In this document: positions 44,524 through 60,391 of the stretch, one piece after another | How the letters are laid out: each line of letters opens with the position of its first letter | Numbering within the stretch: position 1 is the stretch's first letter | NCBI RefSeq assembly: GCF_009914755.1 | Contig: NC_060932.1 | Source: the human T2T-CHM13v2.0 reference genome, Homo sapiens | Length of the DNA stretch: 64,000 nucleotides | Direction: 5' to 3' (one strand) | Translations under genes and position numbers: made by a program | The notes under the pieces: model-generated | Told to the model about the DNA's origin: nothing | What the model saw: the letters and a program-made list of their open reading frames with translations, nothing else | Database searches by the model: none

Positions 44524-47395
44524 ACCTTGTCACGGTGCACATCTTTTCAAAACATCTCTACACATAGTGTAACATTCTTGCTTCCAGTCCTGTATTATAG
44601 CAAACATAATTTGGGTTACCTTCTCAGCCTTTAGAAATTCCCTTTCTCCAAGAACTGCCTCCTTACCACCCACAACGGGGGTATTCCTGTGTACCTCCCA
44701 TTGACTCTACCCTTCTGCTCATAGCTGAGTGGGTCATGAGTGGACACCCAACCAAACTGTGCCAATCAGAATCTCTCTCAACAATTTAAACAGACAGCCA
44801 TAGCCCCAGAGCATTGAGAATTGATTCACATTAAAGGCCAAGTTCTGGAGTGAGGATAGAGTTGCTGAGGTTCCCAGAGCTGCCTTGCTTAGCCCCTTCC
44901 TGCATTCTGGTTATTCGGGTTTTCTAGAATTCCATGAGTTTTCTTCTCATTAATCTAAGTTCAAGAATCCTAACTAAAACATATTCATTTATTCATTGAA
45001 CAAACATTTTGAGCATCTATTATGTGCCAGACACATAGTTGAAAATATAGTGAGTAGAGGCAAACATTAAAACAAGTAACCAAATAAATGGATATGTAGT
45101 TACCAGTTGTGAAAAGTGCTATAGCAGACAAGTATGGCTGCTATAAAAGGCTCCTGGAAGGGGAATTACTTCTGTCATAAATGAGATCCTGAATGTAAAG
45201 TACTTAGCCCAGGGCTTGGCTCCTGATAGGCTTTCAGTGTACATTCTTTGTTCAAATTATTTCTAAATAATAGTTCTGGCACAGTGCCTTCCTGGTTGAG
45301 GCCAATATCATACCAAACTACTCTAATTGGCTGCTAATTTACTCCCTGCCTTTAGTTTCTACTGCTATATTATTATTCCCAAAATATCTCTTTCATTATG
45401 CTGCCTATTTGTTTCCCATGCCAAAGAATTTGGACTGTTTTCTGTAAGCCAGCCTCAGGACTCAGATGGAAGAAGTTTACATAGGCAAGACCGGTGTTCA
45501 CCTGCACCCCCACTCCAGAGGAAAATAAAAGTGCTTGTACCACCAGGGGAAGGGGGAACGGAGGCCAGGCAGGTCACTACAGCACTCATTATTTCCACTG
45601 AGCTGATTAAGGAATTCCGTAGTCCAAGCTGCCCAGATAGGTAGGGGAGGTGAGGAGGGAAGGACAGAGGACAGGTAAGTCCATTCATCTTAACACTGGA
45701 AAGACAGCTTTGATTACTCAACCAAATTTCTACAGAGATGGTCAGTTCAATGAAAATGTTCTGCCATCTCCTCCATCTTCCTCCCGGGAGCTCCAATAGG
45801 TATGTGTTGTGTTGAGACATTCTCTGTTGGGGGGTCCACCAGGTGTCCCTCTGCCATTTTTCTCTCCTCTTGCTTTCTTTCTTGTCTTTCATCTCTCACT
45901 CTAAAGTATTTTGTGACATTTAATGTGGCTAGACAACAATCAATTATACAAGGACCTAGCTGGTTTACAATGGGAATGATTGCTACAGGAAATAGGGTTT
46001 ATTCCTGGAAAGGATAATTAAGCCATAATAGCTTTATTTTATGAATCATACCATCCTGTGTGAAAGTAAAGCACACCTTATTAAAAAAATCATTACTGTT
46101 CATAAAACCAAATCCAAGTCTGCCCCTAAAGAAGTAGTGAGTTTGGTGGAAAAACACTCCTCTCTCCAGAGAAATACTATGAAATGACCCAGGATCTAGA
46201 AAATGTGCTTATAAGCTAGCACTTAGGTGTCAACTTCCCTGATGATCAGCTTTTCTTTTCCCTCCAGTTTTGAAATATAAGTTAAAAGCAATCCTTTGAG
46301 AAACTTCATCAGATATGGTAGAATTAAAGCAACATTCCCTGCCTCCATACTGGTCTGTCCACCCACCTCATTCACTTTGTGTTGGGCACCTCTCACCCTA
46401 AGTCCAAAAACCTCTCCTGTCTTCCTTATCACCAATGTGAATTCTGGCAGGCAGAGAGGATGTTTGTCCATGGGTTCATGGCATTTGTATTCCAGCTGCA
46501 TGCTCCACCGTCCTCCCATCACTGACCCTTACATTCTGGCATCCCTTCTTCAGGATGCCAAGTGAAAAGGAGCTGATTTAGAGATTCTCAAAGACTTCCT
46601 CTGGTGAATGACAATTTCAAAAGCTATCATGCATTTTTTTTTTCATCCTTGAAGCCCTGGGGAGCCTGACAGAATAAAGTGCAGACACTTTAGAAAGGAT
46701 AAATGCCACTCAAGATAGACCTCAAAATAAACCCATAGCTTTAAGACTAAGGGCAGGAACGCCTCACTTCACATTTATTGAGCCAAGCGCTTGCCTCGGA
46801 CCTAAGGATTCAAAGATTAATACCACACAATATTTGCCCTTAAGGAACTCACAGTCTAGTAGAAAGACAGGCACCTTAAATATCTTTAGGAACAATATGG
46901 GTCTATAAAACTTTGAAAAGTATACTTGCTGTTTTGATGCCCAGTGTTCATTTCAAATTTTGACTTCCCCAGTGAATTCAGTCCGGGTAGAATGAGTAAC
47001 TCATGGTATTCTGCCCAAGACCCAAACTCAGTCAACTAGATACCAGTCACGGAAAATCATGTACAAGGTTCTATGGAAATGCAGGGGAGGGATTCATAAC
47101 TGCCAGGAAATGCCAGGGATGGCCTCCTAGAAGAAGCAATGCTAGAAGTGAGTCATGATAGCCAATTAAGAGTTAGAGAAACAGGGTCAAACATGAGGAC
47201 ATTCTACAAAAAGCATGCACAGAAGAAAAGACAGAAAACTTTTAAAACAGCACATTTGGAGACTAGCCAGTAGCAGGCGTGAAAGGAGTAGAAGTTGAAC
47301 ATGAATGTATATTATATCTCAATAAAAAGTTTAAAAACAATTCTAGTGCTCAGGCCTAACCCCACACCTATTGAATCAGAAGTTCCCCCAGGTAA

Positions 47396-47697
<302 letters not shown>

Positions 47698-50012
47698 TTC
47701 CCCAGGTAATTCTAATTGCAGTCTAAAAATCCCAGCACCCTAGGCAATAAAAGGCAAACACCTTTGCTTGCATAGCAGATCCTTCAGTCTGGTACTTGAC
47801 TTTACTTTCCACTTCTTTTTTCATCTCTTGTTTCTTTTGCTTTTTCATGCCAACAATACTAAAATTCTTACAGATCCACAAACTTACCATGTGAACTTGC
47901 CCATTTACAGCAGCTCGTCCTTCCAGGAGGGCTGGCCTCCTCCTGGTTGGCCATCAGGAAAGTTGTCATTCTTTAGGGCCCAACCAGAAGCCCAGCTTCT
48001 CTGGAAAGCCTTCCCTGACTCCACTGCACATGAAAGAGTTTCTTCTTCCCATTCCCCCAGCATCTTCTCCCTCTCTCCATTGGAGTGACTGTCTTACTCT
48101 TTTGTAACAATTTCCACAAGTCCCTCCACAATAGACTGAGCAAGGACCTTGTCTTCTCTTATTTTGTATCTCTAGCCTAGTGCACATGATCAATACCCAG
48201 CAAGTATTTGTGAAAATATGGCAAGGAGGAAGAAATCCACCCTCCCCTTGTCCTGAAAACACCGGATGTACTGGTCATCATTTCTCTCACTCAAGTAAAA
48301 AACCTTAAGGTCATTAGAACTTCTTTTGGGAATAGTCAGGGAAGAGGAATCTTTACTTAAATTTGGTTAGGAACTATCTAATTAATCCAAAGCTAAGGAG
48401 GTGGAACAGACTGTCCCAAATCAGGTCTTTTTGATATTTCATATAACAACCCCTTGGCCTTTGCCAGTGTTGGAGAACACACAGTTCAATAGTTCTGTCT
48501 TCTCAACTAGACCACAGGCCCCTGGGGCCAAAACTGCATCCTGCTCACTTCGAATTCACACGTGACAGACAATGTCTGGCTCAGAAGAGGAACTCACTAG
48601 GTGTTTAGGAAGCAAAATAGTTAATGAATTTTAGTCCTGTTGCCCAGATAGGCAACATATCTTAAGAATTCAATCTGCTCTCATGTCCTCCTTAACAGCT
48701 GTCACCATCTTTTCTATCTCTTGGAATTTCTTCTTTCCTTCAACAAATTTGTACCAAGAACCTACTTTGTCTAAGTGCTGACATGCAGCAGTAAATTTTT
48801 TTAAATGATAATAATAATCTCTGCCCTCAAAGAGCTATATTCTAGTGTGGAAAACAGACAGTAAAAAGGAAAATCAATACCTAAATATTACTTCAAATAA
48901 CAAGTACAATGAAAGAAATAATGAAGATGTTGGGATATAGCATTTCTGGGTTGAGCAAGCCCAGTAGAACCAGCAAGAAGAATCTATCTGTGCTATGCTG
49001 ACAATAAGAGACCAAGAAAAGGCTTTCCTAAAAAGGCCCAAGAACCCTCTCTGAAACACAACTGGCACAGGAGACATGGCCCTAGAGGTGTCCTTTGTCC
49101 CTACCAGGCCTGAGACCTCTCCTTCACCTAGAGCCACCAGCCCATCATGCAGGCCTGGCGAAGCTACTTCCACCACCTCAGGCAGCACCACCAGAGATCA
49201 GCTAAAGCCACAAGGGCACCAGATAATTCAAGCAGACAAAAATGGCACCACAAAGTCTCTGAAAATTAAGTTGCTATTAAAACCATAGCCCATCCATAAC
49301 CATTGCTTGGTCACAAAATGAGAGGAAAAAAAAACCATAGCCCACAAAAGTAGGCCAGGACTTGCATGCTAAACCTAAACAGAGTGACTGCCTGTCAAAA
49401 TAAAATATTTAAATAAGATCCAATACTTCCTGATATAATAGCCTAGATATCCCACATATATACCACACACAAGATAACAGTTTTCTTGAAAATACATAAA
49501 AATAAAATTCAAAAAAACCTTTTGTCCCTTTATTGGAATAAAATTAACCAGTGAGCTTAAAAATATAAGCTTCTGGGTCAGGTGATTACTGTAGAGAGAG
49601 GAGTTAGTAAGGTCTCTCCTTGAAGATGGTGTCTAAGATCACAAGAAAATGATTTCGAGGTAGAATGAGTAACCTGTGCAAAGATCCTGAGGCAGAAAAG
49701 AGCTTGGTTGGTTCAAGTCTTCTGCCAAATCTAACTCATTCATATATGCACATTTCCTCATAGCTTTTGCTCCCTAAAATACAGATTCTTTTTTCCATAT
49801 GAGTTTTACTAACACTTGCTGTATGGAGAAATACCCATGCAATAACAAAATCAGCAAAAAATGGGGAAGTTACTGAGAACCCAGTAAACCCACAGAAGTC
49901 TCAGAATCAATGGGGCATGAATACATCTTGTGCCTCTTCCCTGCATCTCTTTGTAAATAACTCCATAGAGGGTGCTACCTTTCTACCCTACCCCTCCCCA
50001 AGGCACATGCAT

Positions 50013-50061
<49 letters not shown>
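50013..50061. repeat. (CA)n microsatellite
   Basis: Read directly. Confidence 0.95.
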
Positions 50062-50063
<2 letters not shown>

Positions 50064-50149
50064 TCAGTCTTCCAGCTCACTCTCCTATCTTGACACTTTT
50101 CATTTGGAAAATGAATGTCAGTTTGTGAACTTTTTAAGTGATCTTAAAT

Positions 50150-50348
50150 TAGTGATTCTCAACCAGAGCAATTTTGTCCCCCGAGGGACGCTTGGCAATG
50201 CATGGACACATTTAAATTGTCACAAGTTGGAGGTGGGTGCTACTGGCATCTAGCGGGTAGAAGCATCTAGTAGTGCTGTTAAATGCCCTACAATGCACAG
50301 AACAGACTTCCACAACAAAGAATCATCTGGTCCAAAATATTACTGGCC
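50150..50348. mobile_element. MER20 (hAT-Charlie)
   Basis: agtgattctcaacc...tgctactggcatctag...cctacaatgcacagaacag...cacaacaaagaat. Confidence 0.8.
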
Positions 50349-50860
50349 TTATTGATTAGTATAATTTCTACCTCAAAAGAATTCTAAGACCTGTCTCCCA
50401 ATCCAGCATCTGATCCCAATTTCTCCTTGAAAAATCATCTTAGTCATTCCCAGGAGATCTAAAATACTGCGAGCAGTAATTCCCAAAAGCTGCTCTATGT
50501 GTTATATGACAAAATTGTTCTGAGGTCAAATAAGTTTTAGAAAAGTTTGGTCAAACAGAGATAGGTTCCTTTTGTACAGTACTTCTTTGAAACTGGCTAG
50601 GTCAATAGCAATGGCTAAGGCCACAGGTCAGAATGAAAATGAGCACCCAATGTTACAGCAAGAGCTCTTTAATGACTACCGAAGACAAAGACAGGGAGAC
50701 AAGTCTAGAAATTCTGCTGATGGAGGCTGGAACAAAATATCGCTGTTTTTACTCACACCCATCATCTTCACCCAGGAAACTAACTGGGGAAAGTCAGGGA
50801 GACACATGGTAACAGTGGTAACAGGGGCAAAGACTCCTAAGTAGGAGTCTAAATCCAAGG

Positions 50861-51740
50861 TGCATTAATTTCCTAGGGCTAACAAAGTTAGCAAACTGTA
50901 ACAAAGTTCTACAAACTGAGTAGCTTGAACAACAGAAATGTGTTGTCTCAAAGTTCTGGAGGGTAGAAGTCTAAGATCAAGGTCTTGGCAGGGTTGGTTC
51001 CTTCTGAAGGTTGAGAGGGGAAGATGTTTTAGGGCTCTCTCATTGGCTTACATATGGCCATCTTCTTCCTGTATCTCTTCACATAGTATTTCCTCTATGT
51101 CTGTCTCTGTGTCCAAATTTCCCCTTTTATAAGTACATCAGTCATATTGGATGAGGGCCAATTCTAATAACTTCATTTTAATTTGATTACATTTAAAAAG
51201 ACCCTTTCTTCAAATAAGGTCCCATTTCAAAGTACTGAGGGTTAGGACTCCAGCATATCTTTTTGGGGGATGACAAAGATTCTCTGCTTGGCTAAATTTT
51301 AATCAATCTCCTGAATCTTCCCCTAGGCCCAACTGTGCACTTCCTTGTAAAATCCAGTTTTAGCAAGAACTCTGCTAAGTCAGTTTAGTAACAGCCCCCT
51401 ACCCTCAATATCTGATCACCCTATCATACCTCTACCATACCTCTGTTGACCACCCTGGCCTGATCTTCAGCAAGAATCCTATTAGGTCGGTTTAGCCAGA
51501 ATACCCCCTTACCCCTGATGTTTCTTCTTAGTAATTTTCTATTCACCAACTCCAACCCTGCTCTTGGCTATAAATTCCCACTTGCCCATGCTGTATTCAG
51601 AGCTGAGTCCAGTCTCTCTCCATATATTGCAGTGGTCCCTATGCCTGTCTCATTGGTTCTGAATAGAGTCTTGTTTACCATGTTTTGACAAGTATTGAAT
51701 AATTTTTTCTTTAGCAGGGGACACAGTTCAACCTATAACA
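50861..51740 (-). mobile_element. MLT1B/C-like MaLR LTR split by an ERV1 LTR
   Basis: tgcattaatttcctagggct...ggggacacagttcaacctataaca; TSD caagg/caagt. Confidence 0.85.
51271..51716 (+). mobile_element. ERV1 solo LTR (MER31-like)
   Basis: tgacaaagattctctgcttgg...ttctttagca; TSD ggga/gggg inside the MLT1. Confidence 0.75.
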
Positions 51741-52484
51741 CAAGTCTAGTCCAAACTCTGTATTGCCCCGTGGTTGTAGTTTCATGGCCTAAAATCCTTT
51801 CTTCAGGCTATTAGTGAGTAGTGAGTGAACATATTTGATTTTGGCTACTCGGTGTAGAGGCTGTCAAAAGCTATACAGTAGGAGAGAGGAAGGAAGAGAA
51901 GCTGCATGTTGAATAATTGAGGGCTAATTATGGACATTTGGGCCTTACAAGGTAAATGAACTGAGCTATCGCAAACATGTCAGGTTTTACCTTCAGACTT
52001 AGTATAACAAGAGTTTAGGAAAAGGCAGCCTGTTCTTCCCACTGTCAGAAAAAATCCCAGAGTCTGTCAGGCCTCAGACACGAAGCTCACATCTGCTGGG
52101 AGCCCACCTTTAGTGGCCCCTTCAAACCTCTTCTGTCCCCTACACCTGCTGACATTTATTCATGTGAAATGGCACTGCAAAATGTAGCCAGCGTGTTGAT
52201 CCTGACCTGAAAGTTGTCAGCACTCATGCACCTCCCTCACAGGCACTGCACTTCCCAAGAGAACAGGCTGCATCCCTTAGGAAATTTGTGCCTCAGAAAC
52301 TATTTGGTAGCAGGTATGGACAGATAATAAATGAGCTACTGAAGCTGATCTGCTCTGGAGTTTGACTGGGGTCCATGACCCAGGGAGAAGTCATTCCGTA
52401 ACAACTGTCACTGATAACCATATGGTGCCATTCACTTCTGCACATTTACTTCTCTCTGAAATTTTTAATTTATTTAAAAAACAT

Positions 52485-52675
52485 TCACAATATCCTTACT
52501 ATGTGCCAGGGACATAACAACTCTATGATAGATACAACTTCTAATCCCGTTTTACAGATGGGCAAGCTAGAAGGCACTGAGCAGTTAAATAATTTGCCCA
52601 AGGTCACACAGCCAGTAAGTGGAAGAACCCACCTTTCAATCAGGCAGCCTGGTTTCAGAATCCACGTTTTAACCA
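52485..52675 (-). mobile_element. MIR
   Basis: ccgttttacagatg...aatttgcccaaggtcacacagccagtaagtgg. Confidence 0.75.
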
Positions 52676-53139
52676 TGGGGTGCTGCTGCCTCTGCATTGA
52701 CTTTGAGGTGGGAGAGCTGGGGTGGGAGGTTTCCAAAGATACATGACAAAATTTGTTTAGAGATGATTATTGAGGCAACCCCTGAGTGTTCCATTCTAAA
52801 TTCTAAATGTATGGACACCATTCACAGAAAATCCATGAGATAATAGAAATACTATTTCTATTCCCATTTACAATTTGGTAAACTGAAAGAAACAAGGATA
52901 TGAAGTTACCTGCCCAAAGTAGGATGCTTATAATGGTTCCAAAAATAGTGCTACATATTGGAGATATAACCATGGTAAGTGGGGTCCAGTAAAGGAGGTG
53001 ACCAGGGATCCTGCCCTAACTGAGTTCCACCACATGCAGGGACACAGATGAGTAAACAGGCAACTGCAACACAGTGTGGGAAGAGCCAAGGTAGAGTTCT
53101 GTGTAATATGCAAGCATGGGGAGGCAGCCTTTTACTATC

Positions 53140-54050
53140 CCTTGTGATCTTGAAATGATTTCCTTGAGGTCTGATATTTTGGCTTAAACCTGAAGATTGA
53201 CTTAGGTAGACACAGAGGTAGAGAAAAGGGGACACTGTTCCAAGGGAGGAAACTGACTTGTAAAATCAGGAAGCAAGACCAAGAAAAATGGTTCATTCCA
53301 GGAGCTGAAAGATTTTTGATATGGCTTGGTGTGTGGAATGCAAGGAAATGGAATGGCAAGGTGTGAGGTGAAAAAATAGTGTTAACACCCTAAGAGCAAT
53401 GAGGACCACTGAGTTAGGAGGTAGAGTAATATGAGTAGGCCTACAGTTCAGAAAGACAAGAGCATGAGTTGGTGGGAGGAAGATTAAAGACAGAGAGATG
53501 CTTCCCACTCCTGAGAGTCACTGCTGTAAAGAGCTTAATAGAATGGTGGCCAGCATTAAATTCACTGATTGATTATCTACAGGCAGTGAAAGAGAGAGAA
53601 ATGTCCAATGTGATTCCTGAGTCTCTGGTTGGAACAATTATGTAAATAATGGTGCCATTTGCTAGCTGGGGAACACCAAAAGAGAAACAAGTTGGGGAAC
53701 AGCAGTAAAAATGAGTTCCATTTTGGATGTGTTTGGTTTCAAGAGCCTGTAGGACCTCCAAAAGGCAAACGGATAGATGGGTCTGAGCTAGACATAAATC
53801 TGGAGCTGAGATGAATATTTAGAGTTAGCAGCAAACAAGGTGGATATAGAAACCAAGAAAGTGGATTCACGACCAGGAAGAGTGAACTAAGGAAAAGAGA
53901 AGAGGGTCTCAGTGGACATATCATTTAAGGGCTGGCCAAGAAGAGGAGCCTACAGAGTGGATTGAGCAGGGTCATTCAGAGAGGTAGGAAGAAGCCCAGG
54001 CAAGTTGATATCATGGAACCCAAGGGAAGTGAAAGGAATGTTTTCACAGT
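53140..54050 (-). mobile_element. L2 internal fragments
   Basis: aatggtgccattt, tgagttccattttggatgtgt, agctagacataaatctggag L2 motifs. Confidence 0.6.
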
Positions 54051-55269
54051 GTTTGGGCTCTAGACAGGTCAATTAAGACAATAACTGGGAAGTACCCACC
54101 AAAGTAAGCCATACTGGTAAAGAAAAATTCTTGTTTCTGAGGGTTTAGGAAAACAAGAGAAAGCCATCTGAGGAGAAATGAAAAACTCAATAAGCAATGG
54201 TTTCTGGTCCTTCACTGTTCTGGACCTGGCTGGTAATTGGATGGATGAGTCACTCAAGACCTCTGGGTGACACTTGCAGCACAGGAACACATCTTCAACT
54301 TTATTTGGAGGCATTCATGTAATAGTTTCTAATGTTGAACTAATTTTCTATCTTTGGGTTCTTTGTCAGCAATTTCTGAAGAAACCACATTATAGTCAGG
54401 GACAGAGTTGGATAAAATCGCAAAGGAGAAAATTTTACTTACAGATCCTTAACTTCCACCTCCTGCTAATGCTCTAGTGTCCTACATTTCATCTCCCGAG
54501 TCACCACAATCCCTAAAGGCAATAGTTCCCACAGCTGTGTGGGCTGGCAGCCACATTAAAACTTTTCCCAATATACCTTCCTCCCTCTGCAGCATATCAG
54601 ACACATCTTTCCTCTGACTGTCTTCTTTAGAGCCCCATGAGCATGAGGTAAACTACCCAGAGGCATAGTAATGTAATAAACAAAGTGATTGCATTAGAAT
54701 CAGAAAAACCTGCATTTCACCGCTTATCAAAACTATGCAACATTTGGCAAGTCATTTGTCCATTAATCTCTCTGAGCTTCAGACTACCTACCTCTCAAAG
54801 GTATACAGATTAGTTGAAAGAATGTGTGTAAAAGCTTTTTTTAATGCAGTATAGATTATATGCAATTTTCCAAACTGTATCTCACAGAATTCTGTGTAGA
54901 ACAACAGAAGTTTGTCTTGCATGGAGTCAGATTTGTTTGGTGTTTGGTGAAATTATGGACCCTTTTCATGCAAGTATCTGTGAAAATGTGATTTCTGTCT
55001 GAAATTCTTGCAGGAAAGAAACATCTCATTTCTGGGTCTGTTTGATTCTGAGAGGTTATGAGCCTCAGGAGGAATTTCCTGTTACTTCATGTTTTAGCAA
55101 CCCTTATAGAAATAGCAAACACCTAGCATTTTGATGGTGCTTTATTTTGTCCAAAGTACTTTCGCGCCCACGATTTGAAGTTACCCCAGGGTATCTGTTC
55201 CAAAGTGTGATAGCACTAAAGATTGAAGACAGAAGTAAATATGAAAAACCCAACTGTCTTCTATTAAGC

Positions 55270-56560
55270 TGAAGGGGAGAAAGCAATAATTTTCACAAAA
55301 CTTTTAAGTCTGTAGTGGGCGAAACTGCCTTTGCAAAGATTATGACAGTGAGAGAGTTTAGCATGGCTGACCCCGTCCTGCTTCTAGCCTCACAAGCTGG
55401 CTGTCCTTACTCATTCCAATAACCCAAGCTAACCATGGGAGGAATTTAGTTTATAGTTTAACTTTCAATCAAGGATAACAATAGTCCCTCCCCAAAACTA
55501 ACCCCTTCCTTGCTCAGGGACTGAAACCTCCTTTGTAAAACTAATGAAAGGCCACAAGATTAGGATTATGGGAGGGACCTGAATTCTGCTAAAATCTATG
55601 CATGGTTAAATGATAACTAGTCATTGCTTGCTGCTGTAAGTTTCCTAATCGCCCCAATAGAAAACATTGTCATTGTAAAACTTAAGACTAGCATTTGAGA
55701 TATTTTTCAGACTTTTGCATTTAGACAGACCAACTGATGCCACCCAAACCCTCCAAGACCTGTGACTCAATCAGTCCCATAATCTCCCTCTAGAAACCGA
55801 CTCACAGCATGAATATAGTTCCAACACTCCTATGATTTTATCCCCAACCCATCAGCAGTGCCCATTTCCTAGACCCTGCCCACCAGAGTATCCTTAAAAA
55901 TCCTAGCCTCCAAGCTTTTGAGCTTTCAGGGTGGCTGATTTGAGTAATAAACTCTCGTCCTCCTGTTTGGCAGGCCCTGTGATAATTAAACTCTTTCTCT
56001 ACTGCAACACTGTTTTCTTGGTACATTGGCTTTGTCTGTGCAGCAGGCAAGAAGAACCCATCGGGCAATTACACTGGGACAGTTTTCTGTTAATAAACAG
56101 CAGAATAACAAGAAAGAAAAAAAAAACAAGTGTTTCTATCTACATGTGCTGTGCTCATAACACAGGAGAAACTTCAGTTCAAAAGTATCTCACAAAATGA
56201 TGGGTCAAGGTCCCAGCTTATATAGCATCTCTAACAAACAACAATACATTTAGAAGTGAGAAGACAAAGGCATAAACAGCTTCAGGCTCCCAAAAGGTGG
56301 GAAAACAATGGGAATGTGGTAAAGTCTGCTCCCAGATTTTTCTGCCTCGAGTGGCATCAGTCTCTGAGCTAATCAGGCAGAAAGGGGTGAAAGAAGCGCC
56401 CCCTGCATATTTTTCACAAGAATTTTTACGGCCTGACACATGTGAGAAAGGAAAGTTCAGAGAGTCCTTTTTTATAATTGCTGCTTCCAAATTGTCTCTA
56501 GCTCAAAAATGTTTATGTCAAAGAGGCATATTTGGCGATGAAGTTCTCTGGTTTCCTTCA
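55270..56560 (-). mobile_element. MER34-family ERV1 LTR split by LTR8
   Basis: Minus strand begins tgaaggaaaccagagaacttcatcgccaaatatgcctctttgacata; flanks aagc/atgc. Confidence 0.55.
55320..56073 (+). mobile_element. LTR8-family ERV1 solo LTR
   Basis: gaaactgcctttgcaaagattatgacagtgagag...gaacccatcgggcaattaca; flanks gtggg/ctggg. Confidence 0.85.
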
Positions 56561-56576
56561 ATGCCAAACATAAAGC

Positions 56577-57567
<991 letters not shown>

Positions 57568-57589
57568 AAGTGGCAAAAATGTAAAACAA

Positions 57590-57838
57590 GGCAACTCATC
57601 TCACAAATTTGTATTTGGACAAATATAGTTAGATTTCACAGAAATGGGTTAACTATATTAACACAAAATGAGTTTTTTATTATTAAGATGAATGCATGTG
57701 TAACTTTTTAAATTTCTCAATTTTAATTTCAATATTATAAATATCAATAGATATAACTCACATCAACAAAAGCAGAGAGACTCAATTGTTTGTAAGAGTG
57801 GACTAAGGTCTTAAGACAAAAAGTTTGAAGACTGCTGC
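57590..57838. mobile_element. hAT-Charlie (Charlie1-like) terminal fragment
   Basis: aatttctcaattttaatttc...aaatatcaatagatataac...aaaaagtttgaagactgctg. Confidence 0.55.
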
Positions 57839-58811
57839 CCTAGTGTAATGCCCAGCAAAATGGAATTTTAAATATTCTTTATGGAAAGAATCATCATTTG
57901 GAAATTGCCAGTTGTTGTTTGGTTTTTGATAGTAGTGACACTGAGTTGTCCTGAAGCCTTGCTTATTTCTGGACAAGTCACCAAAATGGCCCCTTGAGTC
58001 ACTCAACAAACACGCTAGCACCAGGGCCCCACTCCCTGTCCCCACACACATTCCATTAATGGATTAAGCTTGAAGGTTGCCTGAGGGGTGGATAAGTTTG
58101 CATAAGAAGCCCAGGGGCTTTGTGAAAAAGAAGGAATTGGGAAATCCATCTCATTTGCTTCCTGCTTTGAAGTTGCCATACTTATGGAAGTTATGAAAGT
58201 TAGGAAAGCAGTACCCTCAGGGTCACCCTGGTGTTAGGGCTCAGATGGTCAAAGGGAATCTCACCAGGCCGTAGAGGCAGCTAACCACAGGGAAGTGCCT
58301 GTTGATCCATGAACAGACTAAAAAAGCCACATCATTAAAGGAAGTTCTCATTGAGATCCTTGGGCTACTTAGGCATGAGGCTTCCATGAGTGAAGGAGGC
58401 ACTACTCTCCCACCCTGCCTGAGTCAGTACTGCCAAAGCAGCAGTGGCAGTGCCAGCAGGCTTTGTATGTGGCAACCTCCACACCACCTCACTTTCTGCA
58501 GCAGACAGCCCTTGAATGACCCTACCAGATGCCCACGCCGGGGCAGTGACAGTGTGCTTAGGGTACTGAACACTTAACTCTCTCCAAGGCAAAATGAACC
58601 AAGGCTCACAGCCTGGATTAAATCACTGGGAATCAGGAACTGGTCACAGGAGGGCTCACCTCCCACCCTCACCTCAGACCCAGAACCTCCTACTCAAAAG
58701 TCAGATCAGGCCTCAGGTGTACCAATTAGGGGTGACATCTGAGTCTCTATGGGTGACATTGTTTGCACTCTAAACTGATGACATCAGACATCTCATTTTC
58801 AGCTTCATTCC

Positions 58812-59284
58812 TGTGGTAGGCAGAATAATCTCCCCCTTCCCCAGAAAATGTCCACATCCTAATCCCTGGAATCTGTGAATATGTCACCTTACATGACAAA
58901 GGGACTTTGCAGATGTGACTAAGTTTGAAGCTCCTAAACCAATAAGACTATCTTGGCAGACCCTTAAAAGTAGAGACCCTTTCCAACTGCGGAGAGAGAA
59001 AGACAGGATGACAGAAGGAGGTGCAGAGAGAGGCAACAAGAGGAAGGCTCTGCCAGCCACACGGAGGAAGGGGCCATGGGCCAAGGACACTGGAAAAGGG
59101 ATAGAAACAGATTCTCCCCCGGGGCCTTCAGAACTGAAAGTAGTTCTGCCAACAGCTTGATTTTAGCTCTGTGGGACCCACATTGGAACTTCTGACATCC
59201 CAGAACTGTAAGATAATAAATTTGTATTGTTTAAGCTGTTAAGTTTGTGTTAAATTGTCACAGCAACACTAGAAAACAAATACA
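58812..59284 (+). mobile_element. MLT1D-like MaLR solo LTR
   Basis: tgtggtaggcagaataat...tagaaaacaaataca; TSD attcc/attac. Confidence 0.85.
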
Positions 59285-59527
59285 ATTACAAAAAAAAAAA
59301 TACAATTACCAATCAGTGCCTTGCCTTGCTCAAAGCGAATTCCTAAACTCTGAGAATTGTGTGTGGAAGTAACTAGAAGGGACCAGCTGAGCCCAGGTAA
59401 ATGGACGTCTCTGGAGCGGCTGAATGCTGGGATCCCATCAGCAGGAGACACCGCAGGAAATGTGGCAGGGAGCCCTGTGGCCGGTCACCCCCAGGCCCAG
59501 GAGCAAGTGATGCTGAAGATTATGTGA

Positions 59528-59878
<351 letters not shown>

Positions 59879-60391
59879 TAGGTCTTCATTAAGTATTGAG
59901 GTTACCTTATGAATCATCTAGTCCTTGCATCTGCTTGATTCTCCTCCATCAAATGACAAAAGTTATTTTTGTGACATTGTAAACATTTTGTTTGCAAGTG
60001 GAGGCCTTGCTCTTGGCTTCCCAGAGGACCCAGGGGAGGTCTTCTCATATTTAACAGTGGGAATAATTAGGACTTCCTCATGGAATCCTCATAAAGATTT
60101 AATAAATGATGCATATCAAGTACTTGGCACATCTTAAGTCCCTAATAAGTGTTTTTATTATGATGGAGCCTGGGTACGTCTTTCAAGGGGCCCAAGAGTT
60201 ACATTTACTTCATTATAAACCGGGCAAATGATACTTAAGGAAAGATTCATCCAGTTGTTTGTGCCTCTCCCATCAGTGCAGCTGACGGAGCAAGTCACAG
60301 CTGCCAGCCAAATTAAAGTTGGATCATGGCTATTCCCAAGAGCAAAATTTATCCTCAACAACTCAAAGAATAATATTTAACGCTTACTGGG

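Noticed and set aside
45441-45680. Possible plus-strand exon ending CAG|GTAAGT at 45674
   Set aside because: Good donor but no convincing acceptor or reading frame; cannot be supported from sequence alone
49290-49315. Weak resemblance of the small insertion to a Y RNA 3' end
   Set aside because: Too few matching bases and no terminal U-tract; not claimed
50831-50850. 9-bp hairpin agactccta-ag-taggagtct
   Set aside because: Too short to be significant in 64 kb
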